From Angelakisella sp. (GTDB taxonomy: Bacteria > Bacillota > Clostridia > Oscillospirales > Ruminococcaceae), in the NCBI GenBank assembly GCA_036645835.1, contig JAVXNK010000004.1, forward strand, positions 29,193 through 93,192: 64,000 bases of DNA. The letters are read 5' to 3'. A program made the translations under genes and the position numbers. The notes beneath the pieces were generated by a model. It ran no database searches. It was not told where the DNA came from and worked only from the letters and a program-made list of their open reading frames with translations. Within the stretch, counting starts at the first letter, position 1, and each line of letters begins with the position of its first letter. Positions 9,389 through 18,951 of this stretch are shown here, piece after piece.

Positions 9389-10472
9389 GAATTTTAAATT
9401 TGAGATTGTCCGCGGCGCCGCTTCCATTTTGCTGGCACTCAGTGTTGCCATGATTTTCATCTTCGTTATCAGCGAAACTCCCTTTGATGCGCTTTACAAT
9501 TTGATTGTTGGTCCCTTTACCAAAGTGCGTTACTTCTACATTATTCTGGAGCGTATGATACCCATCATCTTTACCGGTCTTGCGGTTTGCGTTATGTTTA
9601 ATGCAAACCAGTTTAACCTGGCTGCAGAAGGCACCCTCTTCTTTGGTGCTCTGATAGCTTCGGTGGTGGCTATCTACCTACAGCTTCCCCCTGTTCTGCA
9701 TACTATCGTCTGTATTGCAGTCGCTATGCTGGTAGGCGGAATGGCAATGCTGATTCCGGCAGTACTGAAAACCAAGCTGGGAGCCAGCGAAATGGTATCC
9801 TCCCTGATGCTGAACTACATACTGCTACAGCTGGGTGTGTATCTGCTTAACTATTATTATGCAGACCGTACACAGGGTGCGACCATGTCCTACCCCTTCC
9901 AGCCCACCGCAAAGATTGCCAAGCTAATTCCCAAGACCAATCTGAGCTGGGGTATCGTTATTGCACTGGTGGCAACCGTTCTGGTTTCGCTCTTCCTCTA
10001 CCGTACAAAATGGGGCTATGCTATACGCATTGTTGGCCTTAACAAGAGCTTTGCCAAGTATTCTGGTATCAAAGTTGGTGCAACCGTCATTATGTGTCAG
10101 GTTATCGGCGGACTGCTTGCCGGTATGGGAGGCGCTGTTGAGGTACTGGGCTACTACAACCGCTTTGAATGGAAACAGCTTCCCGGCTATGGTTGGGACG
10201 GTGTTACCATTGCTATTCTTGCAAAAAACAACCCTATCTTTGTCCCTGTCGCGGCATTCTTTATGGCCTACCTGCGCCGTGGCTGTGACCTAATGCAGCT
10301 AAATACCGATGTGCCTGCCGAAATGCTCAGCATTATTCAGGCAGTCATATTCCTCTTCTTTGCAGCGGAACAGTTCCTGTCCAAGTATCGCCACAAGCTG
10401 GTGGTTAAGGATGCTAAGGATGAGATTGCTGAAAGAGCAGTTGAAACTACTCAGAAAGGAGTTGAGGCATAA
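9381..10472 (+). CDS. Nucleoside ABC transporter permease 1
   Basis: Polytopic membrane protein; FNLAAEG and GYGWDGVTIAILAKNNP patterns; overlaps the ATPase stop. Confidence 0.9.
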   Translation: MRKNFKFEIVRGAASILLALSVAMIFIFVISETPFDALYNLIVGPFTKVRYFYIILERMIPIIFTGLAVCVMFNANQFNLAAEGTLFFGALIASVVAIYLQLPPVLHTIVCIAVAMLVGGMAMLIPAVLKTKLGASEMVSSLMLNYILLQLGVYLLNYYYADRTQGATMSYPFQPTAKIAKLIPKTNLSWGIVIALVATVLVSLFLYRTKWGYAIRIVGLNKSFAKYSGIKVGATVIMCQVIGGLLAGMGGAVEVLGYYNRFEWKQLPGYGWDGVTIAILAKNNPIFVPVAAFFMAYLRRGCDLMQLNTDVPAEMLSIIQAVIFLFFAAEQFLSKYRHKLVVKDAKDEIAERAVETTQKGVEA

Positions 10473-11425
10473 TGCTGAAATCCATTCTTGAAACCATCTT
10501 CTCTATCGACTTTGCCTTCTCCATCCTACGCATTACCACCCCCATTCTTTTTGCCGCCTTGGCAGCAGTGGTTGCTGACCGCGCTGGCGTTACCAACATC
10601 GGTCTTGAAGGTATTATGATGATTTGCGCCCTTACTGGCGTTATCTTCAGTGCATGGACCCAGAGTGCAACCATCGGCCTCCTTTGCGCTATCTTTATGG
10701 GTATGCTGGTGGCTTTGGGCATTGGTTTCTTTGCTCTGCAGCTGAAAACCGATATTATTCTTGCTGGTATTGCGGTCAATATGCTGGGTGGTGGCGGTAC
10801 AGTATTCTTTATGTATCTTGCCAGCGGCGACAGAGGCTACTCTGCGAACCTTGCCAGCAAGGTAATGCCTACCATCCACATTCCTATCATCAAGGATATT
10901 CCTGTGTTGGGTGAGATAATATCGGGACATAACCTGCTGACCTATGTAGCACTGCTCTGCGTATTTCTGGTGTGGGTACTGCTTTACAAAACCCCTCTTG
11001 GACTGAAAATTCGTGCCGTGGGTGAAAACCCCAACGCCGCCGACTCGGTAGGCGTAAGTGTCCGTCGCATCAGCTACATCGCACTGGGGCTTTCGGGTAT
11101 CCTTGCCGGTTTAGGCGGTGCATTCATGTCCATGGGCTACATGTCTAGCTTTAACACCAATATGACAGCAGGCCGAGGCTTTATCGCTCTTGCTGCTGAA
11201 GCAATGGGTCGTGGCGAACCAATAGGTACCATGTTAGCCTCCTTCCTGTTTGGCTTTGCAGATGCTCTGGCAAACAACATGCAGCGTCTGGGGCTCCCTG
11301 CTGAGCTCCTCCAGATGACCCCATATGTATTTACCATTGTTGGTCTTTCTATCTATGCGGGCAGAACCATGAGCAAAAGCAAAGCAAAGAGCAAGAAGAA
11401 AGCAGTTCTCGGTACAAGCAACTAA
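10472..11425 (+). CDS. Nucleoside ABC transporter permease 2
   Basis: GVTNIGLEG, RAVGENPNAADSVG and AGRGFIALAA motifs. Confidence 0.9.
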   Translation: MLKSILETIFSIDFAFSILRITTPILFAALAAVVADRAGVTNIGLEGIMMICALTGVIFSAWTQSATIGLLCAIFMGMLVALGIGFFALQLKTDIILAGIAVNMLGGGGTVFFMYLASGDRGYSANLASKVMPTIHIPIIKDIPVLGEIISGHNLLTYVALLCVFLVWVLLYKTPLGLKIRAVGENPNAADSVGVSVRRISYIALGLSGILAGLGGAFMSMGYMSSFNTNMTAGRGFIALAAEAMGRGEPIGTMLASFLFGFADALANNMQRLGLPAELLQMTPYVFTIVGLSIYAGRTMSKSKAKSKKKAVLGTSN

Positions 11426-11510
11426 CAAAATTCAAAACTATGATACTGCTGTGGAGCCAATGACCATTTGGTACCACAGCAGTATCCATCTTATCTGTAG
11501 TGGAGGCTCT

Positions 11511-12452
11511 ATGAAAAAGATACCAATCATACTGGACGGCGATCCCGGTCACGACGACGCCATTGCGTGGGTTTTGGCAAATGCCTCTCCCCTCTTGGAT
11601 ATCCGGGCTGTCACCTCGGTCTGCGGAAACCAGACTATTGAAAAAACCACCTATAATACTATGCGCATTATGACACTCATTGGGCTTCGTGCTCCTTTGG
11701 GCAAGGGTATATCAAAACCACTAGTGTCAGAAGCCATTATTGCACCTACTGTCCATGGAAAATCCGGACTGGATGGTCCAGCACTGCCTGAGCCGGACTT
11801 TGAGCTGTCTCCCCTATCCGCTGTGGAACTCATGGCAAAGGTTCTTCGGGAAAGTGAAGAAGCCGTTACACTGGTGCCAACCGGCCCCCTGACCAATATT
11901 GCTGCACTGCTGCTGGCTCACCCTGAGCTTAAAGGAAAGATAAAGCAAATCTCCCTTATGGGTGGTGGTATAAAAAGCGGAAACTGGACTCCTGCTGCCG
12001 AGTTCAATATACTTGTAGACCCCGAAGCAGCCAAGCTGGTGTTTGGTTCCGGTATTCCCATTATCATGGCGGGGCTGGATGTAACCGAGCGGGCTTTGGT
12101 TTGCCCGGAGGACTCTGCACGGATACGGGCAGTGGGCAACCACGTTGCCGAGGTTGTAGCTGACTGGCTGGAGTTTTTCTACCAGTTTCATAAGGCTCGT
12201 GGCTATGCAGGCGCCCCTGTACACGACGCGGTAGCTGTGGCTGCACTCATTAAGCCTGAGATAATGACCACCAAGCACTTGTTTGTGGATGTGGAAACCG
12301 GTGGCGACTACTGTAAGGGTGCTACCATTGCCGACATGAACGGCTCCACCAAGAATCCTCCCAACACTACCGTTATTTTTGATATTGACCGCCCCGCCTT
12401 TATTGACCTTTTGGTAGAGGCAGTGACCTATTACGGCGAAAGGAGTGAATGA
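11511..12452 (+). CDS. Nucleoside hydrolase (IUNH family), paralogue 1, RihA-like
   Basis: DGDPGHDD, VHGKSGLDG, PTGPLTNIA, AEFNI and VHDA motifs; GGAGG RBS before 11511. Confidence 0.92.
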   Translation: MKKIPIILDGDPGHDDAIAWVLANASPLLDIRAVTSVCGNQTIEKTTYNTMRIMTLIGLRAPLGKGISKPLVSEAIIAPTVHGKSGLDGPALPEPDFELSPLSAVELMAKVLRESEEAVTLVPTGPLTNIAALLLAHPELKGKIKQISLMGGGIKSGNWTPAAEFNILVDPEAAKLVFGSGIPIIMAGLDVTERALVCPEDSARIRAVGNHVAEVVADWLEFFYQFHKARGYAGAPVHDAVAVAALIKPEIMTTKHLFVDVETGGDYCKGATIADMNGSTKNPPNTTVIFDIDRPAFIDLLVEAVTYYGERSE

Positions 12453-12453
12453 G

Positions 12454-13383
12454 ATGACAAAGATTCCAGTAATGATAGACTGTGACACTGGCATAGATGA
12501 CGCTGCGGCGCTCATTCTTGCCTTTGCCTCAAATGAGCTTGAAATCTGTGGAGTTACCACTGTTGCAGGTAACGTAGAGCTTTCTAAAACCACCCCCAAC
12601 ACTCTGAAAGTACTGGACCTGATAGGTGCACAGGTACCTGTTTATATAGGTGCAGACAAGCCCCTGTTCCGCGAACTACACACTGCAGCAGAGGTGCATG
12701 GCAAAGATGGATTGCAAGGCATAGAACTTCCTGAAAGCAAGAGAACCACCGAAAAGGAAGCTGCATGGGATGCTATTCACCGTGAAGCGGTGCGTCTGGG
12801 TGGAAAGCTACAGCTAATTGCTGTAGGACCCTTGACCAATATTGCCATTGCTCTTTCTAAATATAATAACCTTCCCCAGCTTATTGAGCGCATTGTAATT
12901 ATGGGTGGCGCTGTCGGCTGTGGAAACACTACCCCTGCTGCGGAGTTTAACATCTATGTTGACCCCGAAGCTGCCGAAATGGTATTTCGCAGTGGCATTC
13001 CCGTTTATGCCTGTGGGCTGGATGTTACCCATAAATCCACCCTGAATGGTGCGGAGATTGAAAAGATACGGGCGGTTGGTACCCCTGTGCATAGGTTCTT
13101 TGCAGAAGTCTGTCAACATAGCCTAAACCACTCACTGAAGTTCTACGGACAGGATGGCGCACACCTTCACGATCCTTGTGCCCTGATGTATGCGCTGGAT
13201 AGCAGCTACTTTACCACCAAACGTTGCTGGGTAGGTGTGGAGACTAAGGGCACCATTACCCGGGGCAGAACTGTCACCGACCTCTATAGTGACGCCAAGC
13301 ATGAGCCCAACGCATGGTTTGTTGTGGACATAGAGCGGGAGAAATTTGTTGAGCGTATTATGGCAATGCTAAATGTGGATTAA
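12454..13383 (+). CDS. Nucleoside hydrolase (IUNH family), paralogue 2
   Basis: DCDTGIDD, VAGNV, VHGKDG, GPLTNIA, AEFNIYVDPEAA and LHDPC motifs. Confidence 0.92.
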   Translation: MTKIPVMIDCDTGIDDAAALILAFASNELEICGVTTVAGNVELSKTTPNTLKVLDLIGAQVPVYIGADKPLFRELHTAAEVHGKDGLQGIELPESKRTTEKEAAWDAIHREAVRLGGKLQLIAVGPLTNIAIALSKYNNLPQLIERIVIMGGAVGCGNTTPAAEFNIYVDPEAAEMVFRSGIPVYACGLDVTHKSTLNGAEIEKIRAVGTPVHRFFAEVCQHSLNHSLKFYGQDGAHLHDPCALMYALDSSYFTTKRCWVGVETKGTITRGRTVTDLYSDAKHEPNAWFVVDIEREKFVERIMAMLNVD

Positions 13384-13405
13384 CCTTTAATAAGTTATAG
13401 TAAAG

Positions 13406-13435
13406 CAAAAAAGCACCCCTAGGGGTGCTTTTTTG
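13406..13435. terminator. Bidirectional intrinsic terminator
   Basis: Perfect palindrome CAAAAAAGCACCCCTAGGGGTGCTTTTTTG between convergent genes. Confidence 0.88.
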
Positions 13436-13445
13436 TTATGTCATA

Positions 13446-14054
13446 TTATTTCTGTTCATGCATGGCTACATAGGCAGCTATCAGCTCTACTACACTGTCA
13501 ATGCCTATGGCACTATTAATGCAAAGGTCATAGTGATTCCCTTGACCCCACTTTAGGAAGGAGTAGTAGTCATAATAAGCCGCACGACGCTTATCAGTTT
13601 TTGCAACCTCGCCAGCAGCCTTATCACTGGGTATACCATATTCCTCCACAGCTCTTTTTACACGGTCTGCCATGGGCGCATGAATAAAGATGTTTATCAT
13701 ATTGTCGCGTTCCTTCAGGATATAGTCCGCACAGCGCCCCACAATCACACAGGGGCCTTTATCAGCTACATCATGAATAACCTGAGACTGCACCATAAAG
13801 AGACGGTCAGACAGCGGAAAATTGCCCGATGCGGTATCCTTGAGCACCGACATGGAAAAAATAAAGCTGTTGGTAGCACCCTTTTCATCGTTTTCCTCAA
13901 ACAACTTCTCCGATGCACCAATCTGCTTTGCGGCAATAGCGATAATCTCCTTGTCATAGTAAGGGATACCAAGTTTTTCCGCTAACTTTTGTCCAATTTC
14001 CTTGCCGCCGCTGCCGTATTCACGGCTTATGGTTATAATGCTCTTTGTTGCCAT
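13446..14054 (-). CDS. Cytidylate kinase-like P-loop protein
   Basis: ITISREYGSGG, VIVGRCADYIL and YDLCINS patterns; AAGGAG RBS before 14054. Confidence 0.85.
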   Translation of the reverse strand: MATKSIITISREYGSGGKEIGQKLAEKLGIPYYDKEIIAIAAKQIGASEKLFEENDEKGATNSFIFSMSVLKDTASGNFPLSDRLFMVQSQVIHDVADKGPCVIVGRCADYILKERDNMINIFIHAPMADRVKRAVEEYGIPSDKAAGEVAKTDKRRAAYYDYYSFLKWGQGNHYDLCINSAIGIDSVVELIAAYVAMHEQK

Positions 14055-14087
14055 ACAAACCACTCCTTATAACATATTGCTGCAAGT

Positions 14088-14291
14088 TTAAATCGTAGTC
14101 TCCTCCACTGAATCCTCACTGACCCGCCAGTCTTCTTCGTCCCACTCTTCATCCCACAGGTCATCATCACCATCGCAGCCTTCACAGAAGCTATCTTTGT
14201 TTCTGCGAACTGCAATAAAGCCAATGACAACAGTTGCCAAGAGAACAATGGCACATACTATCCCCATGATTGCCTTTATACCTAGTTTCAT
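14088..14291 (-). CDS. Small single-pass membrane protein with CxxC and an acidic tail
   Basis: GGAGG RBS; hydrophobic N-terminus, then RRNK, CEGC and an Asp/Glu/Trp-rich tail; fills the gap between trmB and the cmk-like gene. Confidence 0.65.
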   Translation of the reverse strand: MKLGIKAIMGIVCAIVLLATVVIGFIAVRRNKDSFCEGCDGDDDLWDEEWDEEDWRVSEDSVEETTI

Positions 14292-14330
14292 TATATCGTC
14301 CTCCATCTTTATAAATATTTTGAATATCGT

Positions 14331-14996
14331 TTATATGCCTTTTGGGGCTGCTATAAGAAACTTTATAGCAATTCCCTGCTCTGCAAACATATCCTCGTGC
14401 TCGGTGGTTACATTTTCAGTAAAGTTTGAGTTGTGGAGATCGTAGGTGCAGTATCGTACAGTATAACCAGCCTCTTGGACATAGAGCAATGTATCCTCAA
14501 AAAGCGGCAAATCATCGGTTTTAAACCAAATTTCTCCGTCCATACTAAGGAAGGTTTTATACTTTAGGAGCTGCCGTGTATGGGTCAGGCGATGCTTGGC
14601 ATGTCGTTCTTTAAACCACGGATTACAAAAATTGATATAAATGCGCTCCACTTTATCCTGTTCACCAATCATATTATCAATACGCTCAATATCATAGGAC
14701 ATTAAGCGCAGATTGTCTTGTGGTGCAAACTCAGACACGCTGTAAAGCCTTTCGACTTTACGCTTTGCAAGGCCTAAAACCTCACTTTTCAGATCTACTG
14801 CGATATAATTCACATTTGGATTTTCACTGCCCAACCTTGCTATAAACCGTCCTTTACCACATCCAAGCTCCAAATGCATGGGGTTATTATTCCCAAACTC
14901 TTGTTGCCAACGGTTTCTATTCAGTATAGGATCATCCACGAAGAAGCTACACTCTGCAAGCTCGGGTCTGGCCCATGGTTTTCTTCTTAGTCTCAT
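14331..14996 (-). CDS. trmB: tRNA (guanine-N7)-methyltransferase
   Basis: MRLRRKPWA, LELGCGKG, NFCNPWFKERH, WFKTDD and TEHEDMF motifs. Confidence 0.95.
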   Translation of the reverse strand: MRLRRKPWARPELAECSFFVDDPILNRNRWQQEFGNNNPMHLELGCGKGRFIARLGSENPNVNYIAVDLKSEVLGLAKRKVERLYSVSEFAPQDNLRLMSYDIERIDNMIGEQDKVERIYINFCNPWFKERHAKHRLTHTRQLLKYKTFLSMDGEIWFKTDDLPLFEDTLLYVQEAGYTVRYCTYDLHNSNFTENVTTEHEDMFAEQGIAIKFLIAAPKGI

Positions 14997-15571
14997 TGCC
15001 TGCCTTTTTTCCTGCTTTCCTCAGTTTTAGGTGGTTCAATAGCATCAAGTAGCTGCTCTGCAAGCAGCGTTCTGCACTGTGCCTCAGCCGCAAGCTGCAC
15101 TGCCAGCACTGCAAGTGCCGTGTTACCTGTAACTCCTGCAGCCTCACAGCGTTCTGCCGCTTCTCGTATAAGCTCTCGTGAACGCTCTGTAGAACTGGCC
15201 TGCGCCTCCAAAAACAACCTATATAGGGTGTCCTCGTCCTCGCTACTCTGCACTGTAGCAGATATTTTCCCCAAATCCTGCATGGACAGTACCTTTTTCA
15301 GCTGACCTACCATGCTAAGCCCCAGCACATGCTGTTTCTGATACCGCTTGTGTATCGCTGTAGGAATTAGCTTAGCCTTGGTGTAATTGTTAACCATGGT
15401 ATTGGTCACAAACGCAGTATCCTCTCCCCTTTTAACCGCCTTTAGCCGCTTATCCAAAAAGGTTAGCAGCTGGTCCATATAAAGATCCAGCTCCGGTACT
15501 TCCTCCGGCTTTATCTGTGGAACCTGACAAGCCTTCTCCGCTATTTCTTCTGCCCTTTGCTTCCAGTCCAT
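14993..15571 (-). CDS. DUF1836-domain protein
   Basis: PELDLYMDQL...TNTMVNNYTKAKLI...KRYQKQH signature. Start uncertain (15571 or 15631). Confidence 0.8.
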   Translation of the reverse strand: MDWKQRAEEIAEKACQVPQIKPEEVPELDLYMDQLLTFLDKRLKAVKRGEDTAFVTNTMVNNYTKAKLIPTAIHKRYQKQHVLGLSMVGQLKKVLSMQDLGKISATVQSSEDEDTLYRLFLEAQASSTERSRELIREAAERCEAAGVTGNTALAVLAVQLAAEAQCRTLLAEQLLDAIEPPKTEESRKKGRQ

Positions 15572-15676
15572 ATCTTCAACTCTTTTCTGCTGTTTATAAA
15601 GTGTAAAAATCCGAATATTTCCTGCTCTCATTATAAATTAAAAAAGCGATACCGTCAACAAACTTCCGATAAAGCA

Positions 15677-15705
15677 TTGCTAAAATAGCACTTTCGTACT
15701 ATAAT
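15677..15705 (+). promoter_or_regulatory. SigA-type promoter for asnS
   Basis: TTGCTA-17 nt-TATAAT. Confidence 0.65.
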
Positions 15706-15790
15706 GTCTCTACAAGCCATTTTTAAGTTATACACAGGGCGGTTTTCGCCCTTATATGTAATTATATCATCGGAAAGAAGGATAACAACA

Positions 15791-17185
15791 ATGCAGAGGA
15801 CCGAGCTTAAAAACCTATTTGCAAGCGTAAACAACTACATTGATTCACAGGTTACCGTAGGCGGATGGGTAAAGACCATTCGTGATTCCAAGTCTATCGG
15901 CTTTATTGAGCTGAATGACGGAACCTCCTTCCGTAATCTTCAGATAGTTTTTGAGGATGCAAAGCTTCCTAATTTTAACGATATTGCAAAGCAGAATGTA
16001 GGCGCGGCTCTGGTGATTACCGGAAATATTGTGCTTACTCCTACCAACAAACAGCCCTTTGAGCTGCACGCCTCGGAAATACTGGTGGAGGGCGCATCTT
16101 CCCCTGATTTCCCCCTGCAGAAGAAGAAGCATACGCTGGAATATCTGCGTACAATACAGCATCTGCGTCCTCGTACCAACACCTTCAGTGCAGTTTTTCG
16201 TGTGCGCTCTGTTGCCGCTTACGCCATTCACAAGTTCTTTAATGAGCGCGGCTTTGTATATGCCAATACCCCCATTATCACCGGAAGTGACTGTGAAGGT
16301 GCAGGCGAAATGTTCCGCCTGACCACGCTGGATATGGAAAACCCACCCCGTACCCCCGAGGGAAAGATTGACTATACCCAGGACTTTTTCGGCAAGGAAA
16401 CCAACCTGACCGTTTCCGGTCAGCTAGAAGCAGAGTGCATGGCTATGGCTTTCTCCAAGGTATACACCTTTGGACCCACCTTCCGTGCAGAAAAGTCCAA
16501 TACACCCCGCCATGCTGCGGAATTCTGGATGATGGAACCGGAAATTACTTTTGCTGACCTGAATGATGATATGCAACTGGCTTCCGATATGATTAAATAT
16601 GTTCTGCGCTATATAATGGACAACTGCTCCGATGAAATTGCTTTCTTCAACCAGTTCTACGATAAGGAACTCATTACAAGACTTGAAAACGTAGTAAGCT
16701 CTGAGTTTGGAAAGGTAACCTACACCGAAGCAGTAGAGATACTGGAAAAGGTAAAAGACCAGTTTGAGTATCCCGTATACTGGGGCTGCGACCTGCAGAC
16801 CGAGCATGAGCGTTATCTCACTGAAAAGGTGTTTGGCAAACCTGTGTTTGTCATTGATTACCCCAAGGAGATTAAGGCTTTCTATATGCGTATGAATGAT
16901 GACAATAAGACAGTAGCCGCTATGGACCTTCTGGTTCCTGGCATCGGTGAGCTTATCGGCGGGTCTCAGCGTGAGGAACGTTTGGAAAACCTTGTTGCAC
17001 GCATTAAAGAGCTTGGCCTCCACGAGGAAGATTACTGGTGGTATCTGGACCTTCGTCGTTTTGGCGGAGCCAAGCATGCGGGCTTTGGCCTAGGCTTTGA
17101 GCGCCTTATTATGTATATTACCGGTATGACCAACATCCGTGATGTACTCCCCTTCCCCAGAACCACTGGCAGTGCAGAGTTCTAG
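15791..17185 (+). CDS. asnS: Asparagine--tRNA ligase
   Basis: GWVKTIR OB fold; [35 protein letters not shown] and GFGLGFER motifs. Confidence 0.97.
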   Translation: MQRTELKNLFASVNNYIDSQVTVGGWVKTIRDSKSIGFIELNDGTSFRNLQIVFEDAKLPNFNDIAKQNVGAALVITGNIVLTPTNKQPFELHASEILVEGASSPDFPLQKKKHTLEYLRTIQHLRPRTNTFSAVFRVRSVAAYAIHKFFNERGFVYANTPIITGSDCEGAGEMFRLTTLDMENPPRTPEGKIDYTQDFFGKETNLTVSGQLEAECMAMAFSKVYTFGPTFRAEKSNTPRHAAEFWMMEPEITFADLNDDMQLASDMIKYVLRYIMDNCSDEIAFFNQFYDKELITRLENVVSSEFGKVTYTEAVEILEKVKDQFEYPVYWGCDLQTEHERYLTEKVFGKPVFVIDYPKEIKAFYMRMNDDNKTVAAMDLLVPGIGELIGGSQREERLENLVARIKELGLHEEDYWWYLDLRRFGGAKHAGFGLGFERLIMYITGMTNIRDVLPFPRTTGSAEF

Positions 17186-17209
17186 GAATACCCTAGCCGA
17201 AAAATATTC

Positions 17210-17252
17210 AGGGCAGCCAATCCGTTTGTATCGGTTTGGCTGCCCTATGTTT
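17210..17252 (+). terminator. Probable terminator between asnS and the convergent grpB
   Basis: AGGGCAGCCAA...TTGGCTGCCCT followed by ATGTTTTT. Confidence 0.7.
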
Positions 17253-17783
17253 TTACACTTCTCTTTGTTCTCCATACCAAGCAAGGGCATTCTGCTCTAT
17301 ATCTTTTACAAAAGCATCCTTGCCATCGCAATAACCATCAATGCTATCATGGAATTTTTCAGCCAGTTCTGCCTTTAAATCCCCGTACTCCTTAGCCACC
17401 TGTGGGTGCGTTCTCAAATAATCTCGGACTGCCAGATGGCGACGAATATCTGTGCGGTTGTTTTCTTCGAATATGTGGATATGATGGGTACGGTTATCCC
17501 CACCTTTACGAAAGAATCGTCGCCCAGGCATGCCATACTCACCCATACATTCATAGCCCAGTTGTTCAAACTCTTCATTGTGTATGTCTACAGCAGCTAC
17601 ATCCTTTACCACAGGCATAATATCAATAACGGGTTTTGCCCGCAATCCTTTCACCGAAGTACTTCCAATATGATGTATCTCCACCAGTTCGGCATGTAAA
17701 ATACGCTTTATTTCGAAAGCTTCCCTTTCATACATCTCCGCCCATAGTGGGTTATGTTCAGCTGCTATAATATACTGTATCAT
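17253..17783 (-). CDS. GrpB-family (UPF0157) protein
   Basis: HHIGSTSVKGLRAKPVIDI, RTHHIH, FRDYL-like VRDYLRTH and YCDGK motifs. Confidence 0.9.
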   Translation of the reverse strand: MIQYIIAAEHNPLWAEMYEREAFEIKRILHAELVEIHHIGSTSVKGLRAKPVIDIMPVVKDVAAVDIHNEEFEQLGYECMGEYGMPGRRFFRKGGDNRTHHIHIFEENNRTDIRRHLAVRDYLRTHPQVAKEYGDLKAELAEKFHDSIDGYCDGKDAFVKDIEQNALAWYGEQREV

Positions 17784-17802
17784 CTTTATTTCTCCTTGTT
17801 TT

Positions 17803-18924
17803 TTATTCCTTAAGAGTTCCCTTATACCAACCTTCTACGCCACCCTTTTTTACATGATACCCTCTGCTTGTCCGCTTTATGACCGATAACCTGTCCCCTA
17901 CCGATACTGGCAGCAGATAGTCCGTGTATTCCGGGCAGTAAGGCTCTGCACTATCGATATCACAGATGTAAGAGTTTTCTATCCAAAGGCGATATCCGGA
18001 AGAAAGATGTTCTCCGTAAGAAAATTCTTCATCCCGCTTTAGAATTTTAATGGCGCTGTCACTATACGTGATATTAATAGACATTTCAGAAGCCTGTTGA
18101 GGCGTCACAGCAACCGCAGTAGGCAAATCGTCCCAGTATGCAAAAGAAAACTCCTGTGAACCTACATAGGGGATAATTAGGGCATTGAGCTGTCCTGCCG
18201 GCTTAACTCCACAGCCACCGTCAATGCTTATAATATGCTGAGCCTCATTAACGTTTGGCAGATGGCAGGCCCGTGTTTTATCCTGTAGCACAGCAGGCCA
18301 GTGCCCCACAATTACATATTTATCAAAGACAAACCCCTTTGCTACAAAATTATCGTTCTTGAGGTATTCGAAGGGAGCTTGCATATCCAATCGCGCAAGG
18401 TTACATGTAGGAATACCCCCATGTACAAAGGTATAGGCTTGGGTGTCTAAAACAGTCGGAAGGCTTAGTAAGTATTGATATTCCGCAGCCATGCGGGTTT
18501 GAAAGGCGGTTCTGATTGCAGGAATATCTTGTGGGCAGGTTAAGGGCATCCCCAACCGATGGCTGACCTCCGCAAAAAGACTGCCCCCAAAGGTTTGGTT
18601 ACGTGCACACAGCTCCTCAAACACCTGCTCCAGTGGCTCAGGGCTATCTTCTTGAAAGCACTCCATCATCCATCCATCCACATTGCCCATAAGAACATAC
18701 ACTGTGTGTGTGTTTTGTAGTTCCATAAGGAAGCGGATGGTATCCACGTTCTGTACGCCCCGTTCAATGAGGTCTCCTACAATAATTAGAATATCCTCCT
18801 TGGAGAAGCTTACCTTTTGCAAAAGTGCCTTTAGGTAGTTTAGATGCCCATGAATATCGCTGATGCAGATAATACGCCGCCCTTCGGGCAGAACTACTCG
18901 CTTTATAATTGTATTCGTAATCAA
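17803..18924 (-). CDS. Calcineurin-like metallophosphoesterase with a C-terminal SH3-like segment
   Basis: SDIHG, GDLIERG, GNVD, FVHGG, GHWP and IDGGC motifs; the C-terminal LPVSVGDRL...VEGWY resembles an SH3 fold; TTG start after GGAGG. Confidence 0.85.
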   Translation of the reverse strand: MITNTIIKRVVLPEGRRIICISDIHGHLNYLKALLQKVSFSKEDILIIVGDLIERGVQNVDTIRFLMELQNTHTVYVLMGNVDGWMMECFQEDSPEPLEQVFEELCARNQTFGGSLFAEVSHRLGMPLTCPQDIPAIRTAFQTRMAAEYQYLLSLPTVLDTQAYTFVHGGIPTCNLARLDMQAPFEYLKNDNFVAKGFVFDKYVIVGHWPAVLQDKTRACHLPNVNEAQHIISIDGGCGVKPAGQLNALIIPYVGSQEFSFAYWDDLPTAVAVTPQQASEMSINITYSDSAIKILKRDEEFSYGEHLSSGYRLWIENSYICDIDSAEPYCPEYTDYLLPVSVGDRLSVIKRTSRGYHVKKGGVEGWYKGTLKE

Positions 18925-18951
18925 GAAAATCCCTCCGGTATTGTTACGTCC

